Assembly: GCA_030141605.1 (NCBI GenBank)
Contig: JAQGDQ010000239.1
Span: 186,001 to 250,000, forward strand
Direction: 5' to 3'
DNA: 64,000 bases
DNA from: Tubiluchus corallicola
Taxonomy: Eukaryota; Animalia; Priapulida
Of the stretch, positions 27,101 through 42,100 are shown one piece after another. The first letter of the stretch is position 1; every line of letters starts with the position of its first letter. The position numbers and the translations under genes were made by a program. Under the pieces are notes generated by a model that was not told where the DNA came from, did not search any database, and saw only the letters and a program-made list of their open reading frames with translations.

Positions 27101-30100
27101 AGCATTTCAGTAAAACAACCAGCTGCCCATTCAGTGTTGTCATTTAAGCAATAATTATAGATCTAAGTTTTAACAATTTTTTACCTATGCACCTAGTCTC
27201 GGATTAAGGGGTCGTAGTTACAAATTGTCCAAAAATTATTGTTGTATTGATGTTTTTAAATACTCTTTTGCAAACAGGGTGATCGATATGTGGAACAGTT
27301 TACCATCGGAAATTTTTAATGCCAACAACTTACGTTCTTTTTAATCTAAACTACTTACATTTCATTTTAAACCCTTTTGTAAATTTAATAGAACTAAATG
27401 TAATTAATGTAGGCCACCATAAGTGCATTCATGCCTGGTTACTTTCTGCTTTCCTAAAACATTAGCTAATCGTATTTATTTGTAAGATTTTATTGAAAAT
27501 GTACAATTGCATATTTGGACTGAATAAATCTAATCTAATCTAATCATTTTCAACTACAACAAATCTTCTCATTTCACGTTAGATCTATTACATTGCTTTC
27601 AGCAGTAAAGAAATACGTGACAGAATAAACATGTACCTCGCTATTGGCTAGCTGATGTACAATGAGAATGGCTGACTTAGGAATGTCTTCTTTTCGACTA
27701 GTCATACACTGGAAGATTAACGGAATGTGTCCAAGAGCGGGCACCTGCAAAACAGAAATTGTGCAATCACCTTAATGCTGCAATTAAACTTTGCATAATG
27801 TACGTAATACACTAAACACTTTCTGAAAGAAATAGTACCAAAGAAAAAAATTTTACACCTTTTCTTTACAGTTTGACCAAATAGAGCAGTAGCTCTTATT
27901 TAGTAGAAAATTGTTGTTTATTTGCATATAAAAATAACCCATCCTACAAAAAATCATTAAAAACACGCACTACAAACAACCTTTTGTTGGGATGTCATTG
28001 AGGTTTACTTGTAATGATAAAAAACTGTTCAAACCACAATATTGTATTGTTTTTTTTAATAATATCTAATCCTTTAAATAAGTCTAAACCAGTCTTGCTA
28101 TATTTATCTGTAATAAACAAGCCATGACAGAGTCTCATCACAAAAAAATTCCTGTCAAAATAGAAATTTTGTTTAAAAATATACTTGTATACCAAGAAAC
28201 TCTTGACAAACAATAGCTAGAACTAATTAAATGAGTTGAGTTGACCTAGCAATGACATTTTGATTGCTCGCTTTACATTACCTGATCACAGACACTTGGC
28301 TGGGCTTGAAATAAGCAAATCAATGCTTGTGTTACTGTCTCTAAAACTTCACTCTGAAACATAAATACAAATCATTAAGACAAAAATAATTTAGTGAACA
28401 GTGCAATCTAACCACTATTTAAATAATCACAGGTTTACCCAAACTGTAAAATTACCCGAGTCTTGATTAGACTTACATTTGCTTGTTTACTATTTGCCAG
28501 CTCTATAAATTTGTTCAAAAGATCACTAGTGAACTCTTTTGGTTTTCTTAGCACCCAGCCGGGATTCGCAATGAAGATTCGCAGGTAGACATTGCCAATC
28601 ATAAACTCTCCCTGTACCTCTGAGTAAACTACATCCATGTCTTCTGGAAACTAAAATAAAAAGCTCTACAAATTAGAAATTAAACTAAAGTATCATGTTT
28701 GCTAAATCACTGTCAAGCAAAACTTGTTTTAAATGTTAGACAAAACAGAATGCAGAATGTTATTTAGTTCTCATTTTGCATAATTAAATTTAAGATATTT
28801 AAATGAGATGAGACATAAAAGTATTGTTTTAAAACAACTGAGGATTATGTCCTTAAATTAAACTATTAGATAAACTGAGTGAAACAATCGTATACCATTA
28901 CCTAGGTAAAAACCTAGTAAATGTGCATGTGAGCAAAGTAATATGATAAAGATTACACCCTGAAGATTATTAGGCTGAATTTATTAACTATGCCAGCCAC
29001 AAAATTTGACTAAAAATTATTACAACAGTCATTCACAATAAAAATGTCAAGACTAGTCTTAGGGAGTCATGGTAAACTTAAAGCGATAATTCATTTTGTC
29101 ATTAGCACCTGTTTAAGCACAATGCTTAATGTTTAAGCACAAAAGTTTAATGACAATTACAGTCTATCTAATTCAGAAAACTTCAATTATCCAATAAATA
29201 TATTATTTAATATTTTTTCAGTAAAAGCAGCTATTATAATAAGCCTTTTCACAGCTAGAGTGATTGATGATGATTGTGAAAAGAATAAAGGTTAAATGAA
29301 CCTAACAATGTTATCTGAACCAAACAACACATTTGTCTACACTTGACAATGCCTCGCAGCCCATGCCACTGTATTAGTAACAGTTCTTGGCATTAATTTT
29401 CGCTTCAATTATTTCATTTTACGTGGATTGCTGCTGCTATTTTGTTGCCTGTTTTCAGGTAAGAATAATAATCAGTTTAAAACGATACACATCATCATCA
29501 TCAACATCAGGATATGCTCATCCACTGTTGGATGAATCCCGCTTCCCTAGCTCGCCACAGTGGATGTCCAGGATTCCTTCACCCATTAAAACGATACACA
29601 TGTAGCATAATAACAAAAATAACCATGTCTGACCCATTTCACCTACATATAGTTACATACGTAAGGTCACATGATGTGTAGGTAAGTAAGGCGTGCTAGG
29701 TTCACTTAACATTTGACCTTCAGCAACTGAGCATGCGCATACTGAAACTGCGAAAAGGCTTATTAGTAATAGAAATATCAAAGGACAAAATACTGACCTT
29801 CCACAATAATTCAGAATTTTCCATTTGAGCTTTATAATGTCTGAAATAATTGCAACAAATACATAATTTAATCAAAATTTAGAGAATAAAATGAAAATTT
29901 TTCTCAAGAATTAAATTGTCACTTATGTAAATCAGTACACCCCGTGGACAAAATTTCATGCTTGATATTTCCAAATGCCTGACAACTGACCCGTGACCAA
30001 GTAAAAACACCTTATGTATGCTATTTTATTTACTTCCTTTGCAAAATACTGCACCAAATCACATCATGTAGGTACCGAGCTCCTTGCAAGTACATTTGTT

Positions 30101-33100
30101 CCTGATACCATACATAAGTATACTTACTCCTTTTTCATAGTTTTAACAGTTCCCATGACTTTTTTCCTCACACTTTCATTCCATATTAATTCAGGATTTT
30201 CATGGACGCCTACAAAAAAAACAACTTTGAATGTCAAACTAAGCTGATTTCACCTTGACCAAAAAGTGCACTGGCACCTCTGTACCTTAAATAAATATGG
30301 GATTACAATTATTATTACTCTTACTATCCTTGTGTTGCTAGACAAATTACATACTCAATGAGTTTGCAAATAAAACTACTCATTTACCCTTCAGACTATA
30401 TGATGTTACTTATTTGCAATTTTAAAATTAACGAACTGCTAGATTAAAAACGGGAAAAATTTACATGAAAAGCACAACAATGAAAAATTGTTAAAATATA
30501 GAATATATAAATATTTAAATATATATATATTTTTCTTATAAATTATTGTTTATTATTTAAATTTAAAAAGTATACATACCACTACACTAATTCACATTTC
30601 CTAGCACTCATGTTTACCCAAAGCCATTTAAAATTCAATGAAGTATTTTTAAAATAAAAAAAGTTAACAATCTTTTAAATATTTAAACCTTCAAACATAT
30701 GCACAGCAGCTTGAGGAGAGTCTCTCATAGCATCCATAAAAATGCTTGGCATAAATTTGCTCAGGACAATTCGGACACGTGGACCTAGCAACTTGTCTGA
30801 CATCATCTTGGCAAACAATTCAGCAGTTTTTTCTCGAACTTGTGCATTTGTTGAATTGCAAAACAAGTCCAGCAAATACAGTAATCCACCTGTAATACAG
30901 ATGTAATTGTATTACTTAAATTTCACACCGTTTTGTAATTCTAAATGAAGCAGGATACAAGTGTCATAAACAATTTGCACAGAGATATAGTTAATTGCTT
31001 ATGAAATGTTAAAGTGGAAGACATTACATTAAATGCACATTGTGCACATTCGTGTAGTTAAGCAAGGACTTTCTTTATTACACAAACTATTTAAATAAGT
31101 GTCTTTGATATACAACTTACCCTTTTGCACTGCTTCTTTGATTATCTTTGTGTTTGATGTCAAAGCATACAATGTTTCTATCACAGTTAATTGGCCTAAA
31201 TATAGAAAAGTACACCTATCAAGACAGGACACACTAAACAATTAAGCTTTAAGCTGCTGTTTGCAATAAGGAGTGCAGGTAATTTACCATCAATAAATTC
31301 GAAAGGGTGAAACAGGAGCTGCATCCATAAAAAAACTGACCACATACCAATGTTTAAACAATCTGTGATGCACGAAACTGTAAGGATACTTCTTAGATAA
31401 TTTCCAGATTATATACAAAAAAGTGCTAGTGAAGAACAGAATGTAATCTCACATGCTGGTAAAGAGTTGATAAGCAGCAATAGGTAGACAAGGATTTCAG
31501 AAGCAGCTATGTCTTGAACACACTCTTGATTCTTTGTAACACTGGCCACAACCTAAACAAAGAAATACAGATATTGTACAGGGTTGTCCAGAAAAAACAT
31601 TGCCTGCAAATTTTCTAACAAAACTAAAATTAAACTTGAAAAGGCATAAAACAGACTAACAATGAATGTGTATATATTTTGTATACAAGAAAAAATTTAG
31701 TTGTAAGTTCTGTGCTTCATTTTTGCTGAACCTTTTCAATAATAAACATACAATACATATACATAGCTCCACAATACAATAAAATTGTATTTCTAAATAA
31801 AAAAAGGGATTTTTTTCAAAACTTACAGTTTTAAATAAATAAACTCAGCTTTTGATGTTTCTTAGTGCATAAATTAGAAACAGCTCTAACTAAATCTCTA
31901 GATTTTAGAATGTGGGAGAACTTATCTCAGCGAGGGTATCTCACAAGAAAAACATAAGATGTTTCTGAACTGAAAAAAGCTTTTCTTCAAGAATGAGCTA
32001 AATTTCTTCAAAATGAGATTAATTTAGTTATTGACCAATTCTGACCTAGGAAAAAGTGATCAAAATGGAAGGAAAGCACACAGAACATTGATTTACATTG
32101 TTACACTACCAAAATTCAATTACCAAGAAAGATTAACTGTTCTTGTAAAGAGTAATCTAATCATTTATGCAGTAATTCTTTAATAGCTCATAACTAAGTT
32201 TAGCTAGTTACATTTTACACACATTATAAACTATAGATTCTTCCTTTTTTAGAATGTCAACTCCATAAAATGTTGTAACAAATTAAACTTGTAGTAGTAG
32301 CTCAGAATGACCCATACAGTAAATATGTTAAACAGTCTAATTTTACCAACTTTCTTATGCATTTTTACAGTTACACACGATTGTTTTAAGTAACATACTG
32401 CACTGTTACGGTATACAAGGGATCTAATAAAGCGAAAAAAGATCTAATAAAGGGAATTAAACAATACGAGGTGCAATCTATATATTAAACTTTCTTTTCT
32501 GGGTAAATATGATCTTTTGCGTACTTCAAACACAAATGTTCAAGCCTGATATGCACATCTTACATTGCCTAAAAAACTTACAAGAATATCATTGCTGTTA
32601 GCTTGATAATCACATTAGATTTTACTTACTTCAAGGGCTAGTTGTTGAACTTTCTCACAGCCATGTAAGCGTAACAAAGAAAATAATAAACGGAAGTGAC
32701 CTATGCACTGAATTTCAACTCCTACAAAGAAAACAAACATTTAGAAATAATTTTCATTTGGAAGGAAATTATAAGTGCACAATAGTAATTCTTACGTAGC
32801 ATAATAAACATTATTTTTGTTTTACTTTAATACTACAGGTACCAAATTACAAACACAAACTGTGCAAATTTTGAATTTACCTGGATTGCTGCGCACAATA
32901 TTTCGAAGAGCCTCTAAAGCCATTTCTACCTGATGCAACCTTTCAGACTTATTTGAATCGGCTAGGTTACCACTGGCAGTGAGTTGCAACAAGGAATGAA
33001 GGTACTGAGCTTGTGAGCCTAGGAAGTCTAGCAAATCAATGGCAAATGCCTTTGGTTGCTACAAATATGTAAAAACTGAGTTTTTATATTGTCTTTTGAC

Positions 33101-36100
33101 TAGACTTTTTAAAATGCAGTTAAGATATTTTTTATAACAAGCAAACTAGGCCTCTTCCAGCTTACTGTTTGCTCACAACTTTGAAAATGAAAACACAAAA
33201 GTTATAAGGACTACTAGGCACATAAATAAAAAAGCAAATAGAAATTACCTCTATCACAAAAGTTGGCTGCTCATTATACACTCGCACAAAAATTTCTCCA
33301 ATAACCAGTTCTTTTGCATGAATAGAGAACTCAAACTCAGCACCTAAGGACGGGTCACACTCTCCCTATAAAACCATTAATAAGTGATTACAAAAAATTA
33401 AGTTTCCATATATTTGTATCATAAATTTTTACACTAATTATATAATCAACTATAATAAAGTTAAAATTGCAAAGCAAAATAATGATAGCATAGAATTACA
33501 CTAAAAAAAAAGAAAGCAAAAAATATGTTACATACTGTGCGCATTTTATTAGTCATCTGTGTTGTTAAATATTCATTGAGTTCTGCCCTAGTTGCATTAT
33601 CCCAGATTAAATAAGGGTTTTCTGTGTTGCTGTTCAATACTTTTAACACCTGTTTAAAAAGTCATGTTAAAAATATAGGCAACAGAAATAAATAGCAGAT
33701 AATATTATACATAAAATTTTGGATTCTAGGAAAATTATCGATAAACATTAAACAACTAGAAATTTCAGAGTTGTATATAAATAACAGTAAACATTTTAGA
33801 TCTATGTTTCCAAAGAAAATGCAATTATAACACATAATTAATCCAATTATTTTCAAAAATGGAACTATTTTGCACCTACAGAAAGAAAGGCATCTTACTG
33901 AAAGCAAAGAAGTAAAAACTTATGTTTTAAAATCAGTTCCCAAGAAACAAGCATTTTAATGTTTACCAACTGATCTACAAGCAGTACGGTTATCACTAAA
34001 CATGTATGATATACAATTACTTAGTTAGACAATAAAGCAATATAAGTGCCTTCCATGCACTCACCCGTGTAAAATTATCACTGTCACATAGCTGTCTGGC
34101 TAGATATGGAGTCATCATAGCAGTTACAGCTGCCTGTATTGTCTTATTCACAGGAGTTGCACTGGTTATTGAATAGCCAGCTATGCGACTAAGTGCTCGA
34201 ATGCTTTGCTTTGCCAGATTGTTTGCGACCTCCTAAAAAAAGGCAGTAATATTGCATTAATAGAAATGATACAGCACAGCATTCACAGTTTTCTAACCAC
34301 GATCTTGTGGACAGTTCACATATGAATAACACGCCAAGTTTACAGAACTTCAATCTCGATTCAGAATCATACCTAAAATTTGGAGTAAACTTACCGTATT
34401 TTCCCATGTATAAGAGACCCTTGTGTATAAGAGACCCCTTCAATTTTTAGGCAAAAATTCTGGAAAAAAGTTTTTTGGTAATGAATAACTTTATTCATCA
34501 TAGAAATCATTAAATTCCTCAAGTCTCTTCTCCGTTCTCATTGCTCTCCACCATCTCTCTAGCAATCCTCCTCCCTTGCTCCATGATCATCTTTGTAGAC
34601 ACTGACAATCCACTCATCCTCTGAGATTGGACCCAGTGTTTCAGTGACTTCTCCAGGTTTGGCCAAGTCGCAGGTTTAGGATAAGAATATCGCTTCATAG
34701 TCGAACGCGACACGCCTTGCTTAGGCTGACTCATCTCGTTGACCTCTGTCGACGTATCAATGACGTCGACCGGCATGCAGAGAGCTTATGCAGATGCGTT
34801 GATTGGCTGCAGAACAATCGATTTCTCTCCAATACCAAAGAGACATTTAAAAAAATAATAACTTACCCGGTACATTAATTTTATCATTAGAATTTAGCCA
34901 TGGAGAAGATTTATTGAAAGGAAACTATAATTATTCGAAATAAAACAGTTGTAGAGCACTTATTTCTTTAAAATCATTAGTGTCACAATTTATGCATCTT
35001 ATTGAAAAGACTTACTCCCATGTATAAGAGACCCCCTATTTTTAAAGTGAAAATTCTGAGCAAAAAAGGGTCTCTTATACACGGGAAAATACGGTATATT
35101 GTCTACCAACCAAGTAGTGGTCCTATATAAAACTGAACTTTTATTTCCAAAGTATAGGCCCATAGTGTGTGTTAATTCCAATGAAACAATGATCCCTGTA
35201 GAGAGGAATGCTGGCACTTCGCTTTTAGAAGTAGCCATTGCCAAACTAAGTGGCTTTTATGAAAAACTACGGGGAGTTCTTGGCATTAACGTCTAGGTAT
35301 AAAATAAATGACGTTGAAAACAATAATACATGTCACGCAAAACATGAAATTTTAAACAACTCTTTTCAAATGTTACAAGCATTCAGTTTCAAATTTCCCG
35401 CCAATAATTTTGCTTAATAGAATTAAAAAATAACATTTATGCAGTGTCATTAATTAACTTGTGATTATAGTCAAAAGCTCTGATGATTCCGAATCTCTCT
35501 TTGCAGTAGACATGTTTCTGTTCAAAGGATAAAGGGGAAAATACTAGCCTAGATTGGCCTAAATACTGGTAAGTAAATAAAGACCATCATAAAAGCAAAA
35601 AAAGAACTTGAATAATAATAAATCTTACCTGTTGATTAGAATCATCACTTTTTGTCACACCTCCCTCATCTAACGTGAAGTCATAGTTAAATAGGAAGAG
35701 CAGCAGGTGATATAGAATTCCAGCTTGGAACATATGATTTTGTAAATAGTAGTCTATGGAGAAAGCACTCACACATTCTGTGGCTACCAAGCATAGACGC
35801 GTTAAGTGCTGTAAAGATTAAAAAGTGTATTACATACAACAACCACATTTAGAGCTATAATGATTGCAGTAAAAAAAATTACAGTCATTTTTAAAATACC
35901 TTGTAATACAGAATGCGATAAAGCTCTTTGATAATTGGTTGTCGCTCGACAATCTTTTCCCTGCAAGCTTCAAACTGTGCAGCAACGGAATAGCAGTGTA
36001 GAATATGGGAACACACTTGAACCGTCATTTCTTCAGGTTTAGTTGAAGCGCTTAATACTGAGGTACATCTGACCAATGCATCTTGCAAGTGCTGTGATAT

Positions 36101-39100
36101 GGAAGAGTAGAAACAATCAGTAATCAGTCAGTGCAGCACAGGCCATTTTTAGCAGCTGAACATACAACAGCATAAGCTTAAAATCTACGACTGGTTAGTA
36201 TTTGAAAAGTGTAATAATTTTATGGTTTAAATTATGAAACATTCATAAAAAGACTTCTTTGGTGAAAATTTTAAGGAAGTTTGTCTCTAGAGTTTAATTT
36301 CTTTTTAATATGTTAGTAAGGTTAATGTTTGCTCTGACAAAATTTAAAAAGTACACTTACTATCAAAACGAATGTCTTCACTAATATCATTAAAGGTGAT
36401 CATGTCAGTCAAGATGGTGGATCTGTTTTTCCTGAGCAAAATTTTGTTTTGCTATCGTACAAACTAACACAATTTTTATCACATGAAGTTCACAAACTTT
36501 CTTTTGTATTTCTGTCAAATAAAAGTTTGTAAAGAAGCAAGAAAAAATCAATTTCAGGCTTGTGAGGATCAAATTTGTTCACACCCCAGTTTCTTTCACT
36601 ACTTCTCTACCACAATGTAAGTGAATTTTCTATTTAGTAACAGTTGGTAAACAACACTCAAAGTTTGATTGTTATTTAGATAATTACCTCAATTCCTTGT
36701 TCACGTCTTAGTTCTTCTGCATTCAAAGCTGAGCAGTTAACAGTATGATAAGCCAACTCACACGATGCTGCAAGTAATGGATGAGACTTCGAGAACAATT
36801 GCTCGTCACCGGTTTCCATTAGAATAGTTTTGATTAGCATTGGATAGCCAGCATACTTATACGGATGCAATTCTGAAAATTTTTAATCAAAAGAATTAAC
36901 ATTCAGCGGTTGTCCTTGAAGTTGTTATGTAAACTTATAACCTTATTTTTTTAACGTAAGTCACTTTAAACACACAAACTACGATGTACAGTATATACAC
37001 AGAATTGCAAATGAACAAGAAGTGCAATAATCCCAAAAATAATGTGATGATAATCAAATTCAGAAATGATAATGATATCAAAATTTACTGTCTCAAGTTC
37101 GAACTTTACATATTTCAAAGATAAAACACAAAGATGTGTTTCTGGTTATGACTAACATTATGGTGGAAGTTTTTCCAGTAAACTGTGTACATTCAGCAAC
37201 AACTGGTATGATATGCAATCAATCAAACACTGAATAATAAGGAAATCTTCACCTTCTCTATATCGGCTAAAAAGTATACTTTGTGCTCGTAGAACAAGTA
37301 CTATGTTTTGAGGATCAGGACCAGCAATAGATCTAGCTGATTTGCTGCACAAGAACTCATAAGCTTTGTTAACCTGCAGAATGTTTTCACAGATCAGTGT
37401 TACTAGGTAGCTTTAATTATGTAAACACTAATAAAAAACAAAATACCTAACCAAAAGTAGTGCAATTTCTAATAAGGAAATGCTTCAAAACCACTATAAT
37501 ATACACAAGTTTTACAAAATTAGACTACAATCAGCAAGACTTTGCACATTTATTTATCATAAAAAAATAAATTTTTAAATGGATTCTAACATTTTATGCT
37601 TCTTAATAGTTTTACCTTAAATGACAAGAAAACACTCTTCACAAATAAAGCTTAAAAATTCGTCATAAAATCTTGTATCATTTACTTGCTCTTATAGAAC
37701 TTGCGTTAGCAGCAACGGTGTGTAAAATTTGTAATTTTAAGCTAACATGATGACCATTTGATGCAGCCATTTTAACGGTAAGTCATTTGAAATCAATTTA
37801 GATAACATTGTACAAAGTTAGAAAAAATAGTCAGTAATCAAAGCCAATAAAAACGTTATTTGCAAGTAAAACACAAACCTGTTCAAAAACATCTCGTCCT
37901 TCAGGATTTTTGTCGGGGTGATACTTTTGTGCAAGTTTAAAGTATGCCTTTCTTATCACATTCTCTTCATGTCTGGAAACAAAAAGACGTAATTTCTTTT
38001 TTTTGTGAGAGAAAAATGATAATGAAAGCTATTCAATAAACAAAACCATACTTATTCGGGCAAAGAAACCTGCTGTCTAACAATAACAGACACATTTGCT
38101 TACTATAGATTTTTAACTAATGCATATTAAAGATTTAAAAATACATAATGATATTTCAGAAGAAATGTATTACCCTCCTGGTGCAGGCTTAAGTTTCAAA
38201 ACTTTGTAAGCATCTTCTATTGACATCGTAGGAGGTTTTTTCTCAACTTCAGCCTTCCAAGCATCTAAAATATCTTTTAACAATTTCACCTGGAAACAAA
38301 AGAACGAAAAAGAATGTTAAATATAATTGCTTTAAAACATGATGCCTTTGTACAAATATTCAAAAATAATACAGGATAAAATGGTGAAAAACAGTCAATT
38401 TATTTCTGCAAATAGTAGTTTACAGAGGTATAGGAAAGTGCATTATATAAGCATACATTTATGTAACACATGTATTATGATACTGCTTGGTAGCGACTAG
38501 AGAAATTTGCAGCTATTTGTTGATATAAAAAAGCAGCCAACGGCACGTATCCAAGCAAGTGCAGTAAAAACTTGATAACAACCTTAAATGTGCTTGAAGT
38601 TTGGTAAAAGCGGAATTTACTACACAGATGTACATTAATCCTAACGAAAATACTACTATAGCGAAGTAGTCATAAGTGGTGACTAATTTACCTGAGCAGT
38701 AATTTTTTTACATATTTATGCACTAGTAGAACCTTATAATTTATGAATGAGGATAAATCTCTAGCTGTCTGAGAACCAAAGCCTGTATAAATGTCCAAAT
38801 TAGTGTTTTGTTATCTGTTTATGTATGTGTGTGTATCTATATATATGTGTGTATGTGTATATGTATGAATATGTGTATATATGTATGTACATGAGTGTAT
38901 GTGTATATGTCCATATGTATATGCATGTGTATGTGTATATGTGTATATACATGTGTGACCACGTAAGAAATGTACACATGTACGTGTGTGCATATACATG
39001 TGTACATACAGTGTTCTAAAAAATGATAGGCAGTATTACTACTCAGTTTGTTAATTTATGTCCACATTTATGTATGTGCGTTTATGCGTATGTATTTTTG

Positions 39101-42100
39101 CGTATACATGTGTGCGTGCAGCTGTATATGTAAATGTATGAATACATATTGGTGCCACTACTCCTCATCTAAATTACATAATTATCAAAAGGCAAATATA
39201 ATATGTTAACAGACTTGACAGCACATGATCATTCTGGTAGTAAATTCTTATCGCATTTATTATTATTAACATTATTATTATTACTGCCACTGTTATTATT
39301 ATAATTGCATGGTAACAATACTAAACATGCAAATACTAGCTGGTTTCACTGAGTTAATTTGCAAGGCTATATCAGAATATTTTCGTTTCATCGAATTAGC
39401 TTAAATTCTAATTATATTCTGATTTGTTTTTCTTTTATTTTGGTTTTGTTCATATTTTTGTTTCTAACTATAGGTTATTGTAACGTATGGTTTCAGCTTA
39501 TTTTTGTTTTTTATTTTAGTTTATTTTTAGTTTATTTAATTTATTTCATATTGCATGCTTAATTGACACTGCATTTCACGCAACTGTATTTTTAATAATT
39601 ATATTATGTTGCTTTATTTTGCTCATTTTGCTCACCATAAACTTCAAAATAGCTGTAATTATTTAATCTTATTTGCACAAAATTAATTATTGTCTCCTCA
39701 GACAATATTAAATTCACAACTCATAGCAGCACAAATAATTGACATAACATATTCCTATTATTAAATTAAAAAAGCTGTGGTATCTAAAATAACATATTTA
39801 TATAGGGTGGCTGCTCGATGACCACTGGTTCTTTGCCACCCGTTTCTATTTTTGTTAATATAATTTACTGACTTTAATTTCATACACTATGTAACCCACT
39901 GAGAGAGACAAATAAAAAATTTTGAATTTGCACTTTGACTAATAATGAAATAAAATCTTAAGGCAAAATCCTGGACAACAAGTGCTTTACACAATTACTT
40001 TACTTTTTTAAGTCTCTGTACTACTTACCGGATCTTTTATAGGCCATTCGGGAAATCTTTGTACATCACACAGGTGGCGCAAGTAATAAATGTTACAGAA
40101 CAATTCATTCTCAAGCTGTGGATAAGTGATAGCTGGAATTGGACAATACTGATATAAAGCACGAGTGTTACTCTGCAGACGCGGTGTGAAGTCTGCCAAG
40201 TGAGCAGCAATCTTTTCAATCATCAACCGCCTAAAACATATTAAATTATTGATGTCAAATGAGTAAAAAAATACTTATTTATTAATGATTCTTTTGCTCA
40301 CCTCTAAAAATGTATAAACCTGCAAAACAGTATAAAACAGAGATTTATAAACACATGCTTTATGAATGTCATGTTTGTAATTTAGTTATGAAGACAAATG
40401 AACTTTTTTACTAAGGGAAACAGACATCACAATGTTGCATATTTCTAAAGAGTAGAAACCAGAAGCATGGTAAAACATACACCTAGAGATGAAACACAGG
40501 AAAAGAGTTTTATTATACTTAAGCTTGCACACCCAAAATGTGTTCAGGATTAGCAAGTGACTATCGTAAGATGCGAGATTTACACAAAAATTAAGGAAAT
40601 CGGACAAACTGCAAAAAGCATTGCTTTTACTAACCGCATTTCATTACTCCAAATTGCCTCAGGAGTATCAAACTCTCCTAGAAAAATCTCTGCAAACTTT
40701 TCTGCTCCATAGTTCTCTAGGTAACACACCATTGCATCTGGTAAGATATTACCCAAGATGCTTCTTAACATCAAATCTGATGCTTTGTTCTATAAATGTA
40801 AAAGATCCAAAAATATCACATTAGTAATGGAGGCCAAGTTAATATCGCAGGTACTTCATGATTCTCTTAGTTAAACAATTTTATAAATCTGCCCACAAAT
40901 AAAGCTGCTTAAAAAGAAGTCTTGTTGTTGACCTGTTGGAAACACTTCATGGGAAAGTTTTTAGAACATTTACCAGGCACGGTAGAAAAGCTACTTGATA
41001 AACGATATACAGAAATCATATTTATCTTTTGTATTTTAGGAAAAATTGCCCCAAACAAGGTCAGTGGGCAGAAAGGGAAAAGATGAATACAATTCAGAAA
41101 AATAGAGTTCTCATAACTAATTTGCTAAATTTTCTTGCAGAACATAGTTAATAATGACACAACTTTCTTATACAGAATTCAACAAACAAGAGGTACGAAA
41201 GAAAACTGAATCTAAAAGCAGTTGTTTTCCATCTAGGAATGCCCAGGGTAACAATATGAGAAGCAGCATGTGAATATGATTATATGTAGTCTTGTGAAGC
41301 TTGCTTATCAAAGTTCATCAGTTATAATTAACAAAATTCCCTTAAGTCCAGAATATAAGACTCAGCTGATGAATCAAATTTTTAACTTCAACAGGAGATT
41401 CATAAATTTCTAGCTACACAAATTCTAATAATACAACATTTTATTGACTTTTGACATTCAAACCGGTCATGTGTATCATGGCCAGCAACTGAATCACTAA
41501 CAGTGTAGGTTTTGTCTCAGTAATCTTGGAACTAAAATGTAAAACATTTGGACGGATAAAAAGATGGTTTCCACTAAAGTCCCAACAATGCTTAATTTTA
41601 GTAGGTGATAGTAATGGATTAATTAATAGAACAATTTATTAGAGTTGATAAACAAATATAGATGAATAATATAGATCAAAGCGGTGGTGACATTAAGATT
41701 TTTTTAAAATGCAGTATTTTCAGCAACACGAATGTAATTATTCAACTGCATAATTAATTGAATAATTTCTAACAATAAAGGTAATATGAGATATAGCAAG
41801 ATACTACAAATAATAATCACATTATTTTTGTATGAAAACCCTGCAAACAGAGGGTCTCTATTGTAAATTTGTAAATATTGTACATGGGTATAATTTCGAA
41901 TTTTAAATAAAGAATTATGATAATAGAAAAAAAAACTATACAGACCCTTTAGTGTTGCCCTACCAACTACAGATAATTAATGTGACTAAAATCAGCTAAA
42001 TAAATATTAACTGTGGGCTGAGTAAATATATTGATCAAGTAAACACTACACTAATCAATGAATAACAGTTATGAGGCTTAGTTAAATACAATTTACTGTA

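Noticed and set aside
29671-29730. C/D-box snoRNA-like ATGATG...CTGA
   Set aside because: Imperfect C box and antisense to the host intron.
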